Origin: Acidimicrobiia bacterium
GTDB lineage: Bacteria; Actinomycetota; Acidimicrobiia; Acidimicrobiales; JANYDT01
Assembly: GCA_031418775.1 (NCBI GenBank)
Contig: JANOJN010000079.1
Coordinates: 2,320 to 66,319 of the forward strand
Length of the DNA stretch: 64,000 bases
Direction of reading: 5' to 3'
Shown here: piece after piece, positions 10,801 through 17,515 of the stretch
Numbering within the stretch: position 1 is the first letter of the stretch
Layout: each line of letters starts with the position of its first letter
The notes under the pieces: model-generated
What the model saw: only the letters and a program-made list of their open reading frames with translations
Told to the model about the DNA's origin: nothing
Databases searched by the model: none
Translations under genes and position numbers: made by a program

Positions 10801-11561
10801 TCCACCTTGCCGGCACGGTTGCCGCCCAACGAGGCGACAACGCGCTCGCACGAACGAACTACGAAGCAAGCCTCGAGATCCGCAATCGCTTGGACGATCG
10901 CGGGGCGGCTGCGTCGGTGTTGTCGAACCTCGGCGTGGTCGCGGAGTACGAGGGTGATCTCGCCGGATCGCGCCGATTCCACGAGAAAGCGCTCGGGCTC
11001 CGACGCGAACTGGGCGATCGCTGGGCGCTGGCGGTGTCGCACACGAACCTTGGCATGATCGATATCATCGAGGGGCACGCCGCCGAGGCCAAAGCGTCGT
11101 TCGAGGAGGCGATGCGCCTCAACCAAGAGGTCGGTGATCGGTGGATGGTCGCCATCAGTCACCACAACCTGGCGAACGCGTGCCGAGCAGTCGGTGAGCT
11201 CGACGGTGCCCGCGCCGCGTACCGCGAGGCGGTCGAGGCGTTCGTGACCTATGACGATCAATGGGCCTTGGCGTTCTTGTTCGAAGACGTGGCGTTGCTC
11301 GCCCTTCGGCTCGGTGAACCAATGTCGGCTTGGGAGCTGCTCGGCGCGGCTGATGCATGCCGTAAGTCGGTTGGGTCCCCCCGGCCGGCGGCGATGGAGA
11401 GCGACATGTTGTCCCAACTTGCCGCGGCATCGTCTGACGACGAGGCCAATCCGGACGGCGGAGTGAACGCCAGGGGTCGGGGTGCGGCGGCAACCCGGGA
11501 CGACATGGTCAACGTGGTCATGCAGCTGTGCGACGGCGCCGTCAGTCGTCTCGAGCGCTGA
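7866..11561 (+). CDS. Class III adenylate/guanylate cyclase (two tandem CHD-like domains) - STAND P-loop NTPase - TPR protein
   Basis: 1231 aa. CHD1 has LFADVSGFTALTE and FSGDAVTCW. CHD2 has GDKGAYLYGVFG and CLGDAVNLSARLM. Walker A is SAEAGRGKSRL. The C-terminal third is TPR-like (NLGVVAEYEGDLAGSRRFHEKAL, HTNLGMIDIIEGH, HHNLANACRAVGE). Confidence 0.85.
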   Translation: MADRHRTDHPQAYIPGDRRQALAAGVEMPDRVSGSGLFADVSGFTALTEALATELGPQRGVEELTAVLDLVFQAVIDDITDFGGHVIYFSGDAVTCWLDGDDGSRAAAAALAVQRTMDRVGRVSTPGGRVVELGIKVAIAVGPARRFVVGDPNVQLIDVLAGAIVDELADAEQLAERGEIVLGPSAVAALGELAVISRVPRKQSTATILEGLTDVVVPTERPPEPVVDEALVRPWLLPVVHERLSTGRGEFLTELRSAFPMFVRFGGIDVDADDGPSELDTFVSRAQEVLTSFGGNVLQLILGDKGAYLYGVFGSPVTYGDDASRAAAAALELRSVAADTAARDLQIGIGHGRLRSGTYGHSLRRTFTCLGDAVNLSARLMAGAAPGTIRVTDDVRREAGDRFLWASVGTFPVKGRVEPVQVWTIEGTSFATREREVRYTLPLVGRDQEMAAVAEAADAVRSGSGRVVAISAEAGRGKSRLIAEIVRKLRADGMPVAFGEASVVGSTGSYVVWREVVHTLLGIDETGSDSARIRALRRSLAGIGRSQARRAPLLGPLLGIDVPDTDVTRAFDAKLRKSSLESLILDVLAERTQASPLTIVLEDCHRIDELSRDLLEVLVRGAESLPVLFLLNYRPTGSAGAGLGLESLPFFAEFELSELGPEAARTAAVAKIHQLYGESVRPSITLIDAVVTRAEGNPFYLEQILDFLHGRGLDPTRPEQLDAIDLPASLHSLLLSRIDTLDEGPRRTVKVASVLGRRFEAPTVRRVYPDLGSDTDVITHLRVGRSADLLVSDEDERSSWLFRHVITREVAYQSLPHTLRVDLHERAALDLEERGPEVVESELDLVTHHWCSSDRRDKQIEYLGRAGESAQARYANDAAADYFDRLATLVDGATRADVLLRLGKVLELTGAWDRARAAGTEATLLARDAGDPTLEAWCEVSLAEVARKQARFDDATDHLGRAVDCFDRTDDDAGRGKVLHLAGTVAAQRGDNALARTNYEASLEIRNRLDDRGAAASVLSNLGVVAEYEGDLAGSRRFHEKALGLRRELGDRWALAVSHTNLGMIDIIEGHAAEAKASFEEAMRLNQEVGDRWMVAISHHNLANACRAVGELDGARAAYREAVEAFVTYDDQWALAFLFEDVALLALRLGEPMSAWELLGAADACRKSVGSPRPAAMESDMLSQLAAASSDDEANPDGGVNARGRGAAATRDDMVNVVMQLCDGAVSRLER

Positions 11562-11587
11562 CGTCACCAGAGTTCCTCTCGGTCAGT

Positions 11588-13027
11588 TCAGAGGCGGACT
11601 TCGACTTTTCCCCGCGTGCCCCACTTTCCCTGACGGAGGGTGAGGAGCGCGTAGATCCTGACGGGGACCAGGACGAAGATGTGGAGGAGTCCGTAGATCG
11701 GAGCGATGGCGAAGACGAATGTCCGGTCTCGCCGCTTCACACCGTCGCGTCGGTGCTCCAAGTACGCGCTGTTCCGAGCCCATGCGGCCAGCATGACGAA
11801 CACCAACGTGGCCCGGACGTGGGTGAGCTGGCCGAGCATCGGATAGAGCGCTATGGCAACGACGAGCGCGGCGCCCATGACGACCCACATCGCCACCTCG
11901 GCGACGGTGAGCCAGAACGCCGCACTACGCAGGGGGAAAGTGGAAAGCACCCACAGGGACTCTCGGAAGAAGCTCTTGTTCCAGCGCACCTGCTGACGGA
12001 CGTAGTGCGACAGTCGTTCGGGGACGGCCGTGGCGGCGCGCGATCGTTCGGCAAGGACCACCTTGCCCGACCGCAACGCGTAGTTGGTGAGGCGCCGATC
12101 GTCGCCGAAGGTCGCCGTCCTGCCGAGGAAGTACTGGCCGAGGAAGTCGTCGAGGTTGTCCCGGACGACCTCGGCCCGGTAGAAGCTGAGCGAACCGCAG
12201 CAGCAAAGCACCGCACCGAAGGCCGAATAGGCGGCACGCTCGGAGAGGAACGCACTCACGTAGCGAAGATCGATGAGCCGGGTGAGCAGGTTCCGTCGGC
12301 GGTTGTGGGCCGAGACGAGCCCGGCCACTGCGGAAACGCCCGGATCGGAGAACGGCCGCAGACCTTCGACCATCGCGTCGGGTTGGAGGACGGTATCGGA
12401 GTCGACGCAGAGGAAGATGTCGGCATCCAACGCGGCCTCGAATCCATGGGCAAGTGCGTGGCGCTTGCCGACGTTGACGGCAAGGACCGTCACCTCCCAT
12501 TGGACGGAACCGGCATTCGCTTCGAGGTGGCTGCGGACCGCGTCGGCCGCGGCCCCGCCGTCGGTCGAGCCGTCATCGACCACATGGATCCGGTGAAGCG
12601 CTCGGGTCTGGGCAAGCATCGAGGCCACGCCGGCCACCGCATAGGCCGGATCTTCGTTATGGATCGGCATGACGGCGCAAACTCGGAGGCCTGGCGGCGC
12701 CGCGCCGAAGTTCTCCCGTCGCCGATGGAGTTCGGCGACGGTCAGTTTCGTCACCATGGCGCCGATCATCGTGGCCCCGATCCACGAAATCCCGACATCG
12801 AGGTAGATGGCTGCGAACGCGGCAAGAACGATCAGAAGGATCGAGCGAGCGACAAGCCGATCAAGAAGATCGGTCGACCGAGGGCGCGAGTGGCGGCCGT
12901 GGTCACGCAGGAGCTCGTGGCGGGCACGGGCGCTGGAGCGCTGAGCGACGACGAGGAGCACCGCGCCGAGCGTGACGAAGAAGGCGGCCAGCGCTCCCGT
13001 GATGAACCTCGTCCCGACCAACGTCAT
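11588..13027 (-). CDS. Membrane-embedded processive GT2 glycosyltransferase, class I hyaluronan synthase / NodC-like
   Basis: VVDDGSTDGG, VDSDT, CCCGSLSFYR, FGDDRRLTNYAL and QQVRWNKSFFRE motifs, flanked by N- and C-terminal TM helices. Confidence 0.85.
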   Translation of the reverse strand: MTLVGTRFITGALAAFFVTLGAVLLVVAQRSSARARHELLRDHGRHSRPRSTDLLDRLVARSILLIVLAAFAAIYLDVGISWIGATMIGAMVTKLTVAELHRRRENFGAAPPGLRVCAVMPIHNEDPAYAVAGVASMLAQTRALHRIHVVDDGSTDGGAAADAVRSHLEANAGSVQWEVTVLAVNVGKRHALAHGFEAALDADIFLCVDSDTVLQPDAMVEGLRPFSDPGVSAVAGLVSAHNRRRNLLTRLIDLRYVSAFLSERAAYSAFGAVLCCCGSLSFYRAEVVRDNLDDFLGQYFLGRTATFGDDRRLTNYALRSGKVVLAERSRAATAVPERLSHYVRQQVRWNKSFFRESLWVLSTFPLRSAAFWLTVAEVAMWVVMGAALVVAIALYPMLGQLTHVRATLVFVMLAAWARNSAYLEHRRDGVKRRDRTFVFAIAPIYGLLHIFVLVPVRIYALLTLRQGKWGTRGKVEVRL

Positions 13028-13048
13028 GGCGCGACAGCGAACCGCTAA

Positions 13049-13249
13049 CTACCGGGGGCTTTGCGAGGGGAAATCCGCCGACGGCGGTTGGAACAACGAA
13101 ACCCGCGAACTCCGAAGGAGCACGATCCCCAGAACGATGCCCGAGGCCGCGACGGAAACCGTGACCGTTATGAAGGTTTGTCCTATTCCGGTGAACGCGA
13201 GCGTGGCCGGCGCGGCGACCAGTCCTGCTCCGAGCACATTCCCGTACAC
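13049..13249 (-). CDS. Possible small two-TM membrane protein upstream of the GT2 gene
   Basis: 66-aa ORF ending 21 bp before the GT2 start, with two hydrophobic stretches (LGAGLVAAPATLAFTGIG, VSVAASGIVLGIVLL). No recognisable family, and codon usage is less GC3-biased than in neighbouring genes. Confidence 0.25.
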   Translation of the reverse strand: MYGNVLGAGLVAAPATLAFTGIGQTFITVTVSVAASGIVLGIVLLRSSRVSLFQPPSADFPSQSPR

Positions 13250-13413
13250 GAAAGAAGTATCGGGAATCCGTCGCGAAACTTGAGGAGGGGCATCAGTAAA
13301 GGTCGAACGACCCAGTTGGGAAGGCTCCGTTCGGCGGTTGTCTGTTCGACGGGGGACGGCACCGTTCGGGCCCGCTGCTTACGACGGGTTCCCGCGCGCT
13401 GGCGAGGTCCTTC

Positions 13414-13629
13414 TCAGGACTTCAGGGGTGCGTCGGGAAGCGTCCCACCGAGAGGGGCGATCAGCTCCCGGAGGGTGGCCTCCCGGGCCTTGAGCATCCG
13501 CTTGAAGTCGGGGCGGTCGGTGTCGGCGATCTCATAGCGTAGGTCGCGGATCGTTCGGTCGAGCACTTCACGGAGCAGTTCCGCCTGTTCGTCGGTGATG
13601 GAGATGTCCATGAGGTGAATCGCTTTCAT
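13414..13629 (-). CDS. Small hypothetical protein (~71 aa)
   Basis: ORF 13414-13704, with a likely start at the internal MKAIHLMDISITDEQAELLREVL. Helical and charged. No family recognised. Confidence 0.35.
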   Translation of the reverse strand: MKAIHLMDISITDEQAELLREVLDRTIRDLRYEIADTDRPDFKRMLKAREATLRELIAPLGGTLPDAPLKS

Positions 13630-13746
13630 CGCAGGTAACCGGTCGGAGTCGGTCACGGTTCGGTTCGTGGCGCGCGTGGCCGTTGCGTCTCGAACGTAGC
13701 GCACCCGACTTCGAAGGGGCGAGACGAGCCCGCCGCTTCCGCTGCA

Positions 13747-14781
13747 TCAGCGCCCGTGGGTGTTCTCGCGGCGGTGTCCTTCGGCGAGCCGGGAGAGCCG
13801 CACGGTGTCGATGTCATTGGCCGGCACGGCGGCCACCTTGCACTCGGTTACGGCGCGCAGTGTCGCTGTTCGGTGTCCACCTTCCAGGAGGCCACGTTCG
13901 CCCAAGACAGCGCCCGGACCCAACTCGGCAATCTTCTCGCCGTCGACCTCGACAACGAGGACGCCGTTGAGAAGCAGGAAGAGTTCGTCGCTGCACGAAC
14001 CCTGCTCGACGAGGGCGCCGCCTGCTCTGATTCGGCGAATCTCGGGTCGCTGGCTTCCCCGCATGATCGCGCTCTGGAGCTCTCGCTCAAGGGCTGATTC
14101 GACCGCGGTGACCAATGTCGGCGAGTCCTCGTCACCCCATGGCGTGCGGTGACCGAACGACTCACTCATCCATTTCTTGTATTCCGCGACGCTGCTCTTC
14201 GCGACAAGCGAACCCGAGTCGTCGAACAGCCAATGACGCGGAAAACCAGACGCCCCGGCGAATGTCGCCTCGTGGGTACCGTCGGTTCGGATGATGAGCT
14301 CGAGCGTCGTCCACACGATTGGGGCGTGGTACTGGACGAATGGCGGATGTTTGACTGCCCGGGGCATCGGCGCTCCGGTTCGACCCCCGACGGTCTGCGT
14401 GAAGCGGACGTAGTCGGCGCCGATCTCCGGTTCGCTTCGACGATCGTCGAGTCTGATGGCCGGAACGGTGATCGATCCAACGGCGAGGCCTACCGTCGTT
14501 GCTCCCATGACGCCGCCGCCGCTGTAGCCGGCGTTGACGATCCGATGGGAGTCGTCGACCTCGATGAAGGCGCGGAGATGGTTCGCGAAACGGAACCCGT
14601 CGGCGATGCGGAGCTCCGCGAGAGTCGCGGAGATGTCGGCGCCCAGCGAGATCGGCGGCGGCGGATCGTGATGGGCCATCTTCATGCGAGTCGCGATCTT
14701 CCCCATTCCTTCGAGGAGGTCCGACGGGATCCACGAGACGGTGGCGACGCTGCGTTCGTATCGAGTGGAGGTAGTGGACAT
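13747..14781 (-). CDS. Protein with an uncharacterised ~230-aa N-terminal domain fused to a C-terminal cyclic nucleotide-binding domain
   Basis: The C-terminus has a cNMP-binding cassette (GPGAVLGERGLLEGGHRTATLRAV). The N-terminal domain (VSWIPSDLLEGMGK...YHAPIVWTTLELIIRTDG...FPRHWLFDD) matches nothing I recognise. Confidence 0.75.
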   Translation of the reverse strand: MSTTSTRYERSVATVSWIPSDLLEGMGKIATRMKMAHHDPPPPISLGADISATLAELRIADGFRFANHLRAFIEVDDSHRIVNAGYSGGGVMGATTVGLAVGSITVPAIRLDDRRSEPEIGADYVRFTQTVGGRTGAPMPRAVKHPPFVQYHAPIVWTTLELIIRTDGTHEATFAGASGFPRHWLFDDSGSLVAKSSVAEYKKWMSESFGHRTPWGDEDSPTLVTAVESALERELQSAIMRGSQRPEIRRIRAGGALVEQGSCSDELFLLLNGVLVVEVDGEKIAELGPGAVLGERGLLEGGHRTATLRAVTECKVAAVPANDIDTVRLSRLAEGHRRENTHGR

Positions 14782-14970
14782 GGCTTATCGTGAGCCGATG
14801 AAGAGGGGAGCGAGAAGGGCGGAGCCCGGCGCTTCCCCGGTGTGGCTGGCACACCCCGGACCGGTGGGGCGCACGCCCTGGTATTGAGCGCCGCCTTCCC
14901 TGTTCAATGAATGCGTGAACAACGGTCGGTTGCTCCTCGTGCGCGGCCCGGGCACGCACGGTCGGACAAC

Positions 14971-17439
14971 GTGAGAGCGGTCGTCTACCGGTACCGGTCG
15001 ACGCTCCGATCCAATTGGCGTTCCTGGACGGTCCTCGCCCTGGCGGTCGGTCTCGCATTGAGCTTCGCTCTGGCAGCCGCAGCGGATGCCCGGCGCACCG
15101 ACACCGCATTGCCCCGGGCACTCGCTTCCGGGCGTTCAGCAGATGTGTTGGTGAGCGGTGATCAATCAGCGATGGGCCGCTCGGCAGCGCTTTCCTACCT
15201 CGACGAGATCGAGCACCTTCCCGGTGTCGAGCGATCGACGCGGATCGGCGGCGTGTACCTCGTTGAGCTCAACGAAGACGGCAGTGAGGGCACGCGCCTG
15301 TCCTTCGGTTCTGCCGTCGGGAAGCTGATCTCATCGCCGGGACCTGAGGGCGTGGAGACGCTTCGGCTGCTGAAGGGCCGGTTGCCCGCGACCGATCGAC
15401 CGGAGGAGGTGATCGTGAATCCGGAACTATCGCGCGTCACCGGGTGGAAGATCGGCGACCGGGTGACATCGTTGCGGTTGGTTCGCCTGGAGGGCTTCGG
15501 CAAAGACGGCAACGCCGACCCGAAGACGGGTGAGCCGCTCGAGCTCACGATCGTCGGCGTGGGACGCCTCCCGAATGAGCTGCTCGACTCCGCGTCAAGC
15601 CGCAAGCCGCAGGTGTATCTGTTCCCTGCGTTTGCGGCGGCCCACCGCGACTCGACCTACTACATCTCGTCGGCGTTGAAGGTCTCCGATGTCGACTCGA
15701 AGATTGTGGAGCTCCGCTCGCAGGTCGAGAAGCTCGTCGACCGCTATCCCGGTGCACAGGTCCTCTTCTCGGTGACGAACGACGCTCGGGTGGCTGTCCA
15801 GAACGCGTTGCGACCGCAGGTCACGACGATCTGGCTACTGGGCGCCGTCCTGTTTTTCGCTGGTCTGTTGTTGGGCGCGCAGGCGATCGGCCGCCAGATC
15901 CTCTCCCACAATCGTGATGCGCCTGCCCTTCGGGCCCTCGGCATGGCACCTCGCGATCTCGGTGCTCTCGCCATGCTGCACGGAATCACGATCGCCGTTG
16001 CCGCGTCGATCACCGCCCTCGTGGTCGCGTGGTCCTCGAGTGCGTTCACACCGTTCGGTTCGACACGAGCTGTCGAGCCGTCACCCGGACTCAGGTTCGA
16101 CGGCGCTGTACTCGGACTGGGAGTGCTCGTGATCACCGCGACACTTGCCGTCGCCTCGTGGTTGTCGGCGATGCGCGTCACCAGGTTCTCCGTTCCCTCA
16201 CCCCGTGGAGCACAGGCTTTCGGCGGGCAAGGTCGGCCATCGCGTTTCGTGAGCTTGTTGGCGTGGGCCGGCCTGCCTCCGACCGCAGTGACGGGCTCAC
16301 GTTTCGCACTTCAGCCCGGCATCGGGCGGGATGCGACCCCGGCTCGCAGCGTCCTTTCCAGCATCGCGCTTGCGGTCGCCGTTGTCGCGGCCGCGGTCTC
16401 GTTTGCTTCAAACCTGAACCACCTCCTCGGCACGCCGAGCAACTACGGCTGGGACTGGGACGTCGGCGTCGGGAACGTCTTTGGCCCGATCCTCGACGAC
16501 GCGGTGGAGGCAATTCGCGCCCGACCCGAGGTCGCTGCGATCGCCGCGTTCTCCTACGGCAACGTTCGCATCGACGGAACGTCGATCGCTGCTGTCGGGT
16601 TCGATCAGCTCGATGGAACCGTCTTCCCGACAATGATCGACGGCCGGATACCGCAGGGGGAACGCGACATCGTTCTCGGCCCTCTCAGCATGAAGAAGCT
16701 CGGCCGCTCCATCGGCGACCGGGTCGACGTGGAAACCGGCCACGGGATGCGCACGATGACGATCGTGGGCACCGCGACCTTTCCGGCGATCGGGAACACC
16801 CGTACCAGCAACACCGGTCTCGGCACCGGCGCCGCGACCGTCGCTTCCGTGTTTCCGCCCTCTTCGGACCCCTCGGAGGGCCGGTTCAATGGCGTGTTCC
16901 TCCGGATCGATCCGACACTCGATCGGGCAACAGCAACGGAATCACTTCGGAAATTCTTCATCGAGCAGGGTTGCACCGATTCGGGCTGTTTCTTCACCGA
17001 CGGGAAGCCCGCCGCCCTGAACGGCTACGAATCGCTGGGAGCGGTGTGGCTGCCGTTCGCCGCCGCAGTTGGCGTGTTGTTCGCGATCTCCCTCGCCCAC
17101 GGCATCGTCACCACGACGAACGCCAGACGGCGCGATCTGGCCATCATGGCCGCACTCGGTCTGACCCGGCGTCAGGCAGGTCGCGTTGTGCTCTGGCAGG
17201 CGGCGACGACCATCGGGGCTGCGCTCACCGTCGGTGTACCTCTCGGCATCTTCAGCGCCAACGTGCTGTGGGGAATCTTCTGCGGGCGTCTCGGTCTGCG
17301 ACGCAGTCCGAGCATCCCCGTTCTGCGGTTGATGGTCCTCTCGTCATTGGCGATGGTGAGCGCACTTGCGGTCGGTCTCGCATTCGTTCCTTCGACCCGC
17401 AAGGCCACCGCGGCCGGTCTTTCCGTGACCGCCGAGTGA
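14971..17439 (+). CDS. FtsX/MacB-type ABC transporter permease (duplicated 4-TM module with large extracytoplasmic domains)
   Basis: ~820 aa with two clusters of TM helices separated by long soluble segments. Sits with a MacB/LolD-type ATPase gene in the same operon. Start uncertain (GTG 14971, or 14911). Confidence 0.75.
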   Translation: MRAVVYRYRSTLRSNWRSWTVLALAVGLALSFALAAAADARRTDTALPRALASGRSADVLVSGDQSAMGRSAALSYLDEIEHLPGVERSTRIGGVYLVELNEDGSEGTRLSFGSAVGKLISSPGPEGVETLRLLKGRLPATDRPEEVIVNPELSRVTGWKIGDRVTSLRLVRLEGFGKDGNADPKTGEPLELTIVGVGRLPNELLDSASSRKPQVYLFPAFAAAHRDSTYYISSALKVSDVDSKIVELRSQVEKLVDRYPGAQVLFSVTNDARVAVQNALRPQVTTIWLLGAVLFFAGLLLGAQAIGRQILSHNRDAPALRALGMAPRDLGALAMLHGITIAVAASITALVVAWSSSAFTPFGSTRAVEPSPGLRFDGAVLGLGVLVITATLAVASWLSAMRVTRFSVPSPRGAQAFGGQGRPSRFVSLLAWAGLPPTAVTGSRFALQPGIGRDATPARSVLSSIALAVAVVAAAVSFASNLNHLLGTPSNYGWDWDVGVGNVFGPILDDAVEAIRARPEVAAIAAFSYGNVRIDGTSIAAVGFDQLDGTVFPTMIDGRIPQGERDIVLGPLSMKKLGRSIGDRVDVETGHGMRTMTIVGTATFPAIGNTRTSNTGLGTGAATVASVFPPSSDPSEGRFNGVFLRIDPTLDRATATESLRKFFIEQGCTDSGCFFTDGKPAALNGYESLGAVWLPFAAAVGVLFAISLAHGIVTTTNARRRDLAIMAALGLTRRQAGRVVLWQAATTIGAALTVGVPLGIFSANVLWGIFCGRLGLRRSPSIPVLRLMVLSSLAMVSALAVGLAFVPSTRKATAAGLSVTAE

Positions 17440-17515
17440 CGGGTGTGCTGGCACCACCGAAGGACACGGGCTCACGCCCTGTGCGTGAGTCCGATCGAGG
17501 AGTTGAATCAACCAC

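Noticed and set aside
3521-11561. Reading the cyclase-STAND-TPR protein plus cNMP-binding neighbours as an anti-phage signalling system (Pycsar/CBASS/Avs-like)
   Set aside because: No recognisable abortive-infection effector (TIR, patatin, nuclease, pore-forming TM fused to the cNMP domain) is present. No mobile-element or defence-island context is present either. The cyclase-ATPase-TPR architecture is a common actinobacterial regulator type. I cannot exclude the defence reading, but the sequence does not support it.
11528-13048. 506-aa plus-strand ORF opposite the GT2 gene
   Set aside because: The minus-strand frame carries the full DSDT / GDDR / QQxRW glycosyltransferase motif set. The plus-strand product is low-complexity and charged, with no motif.
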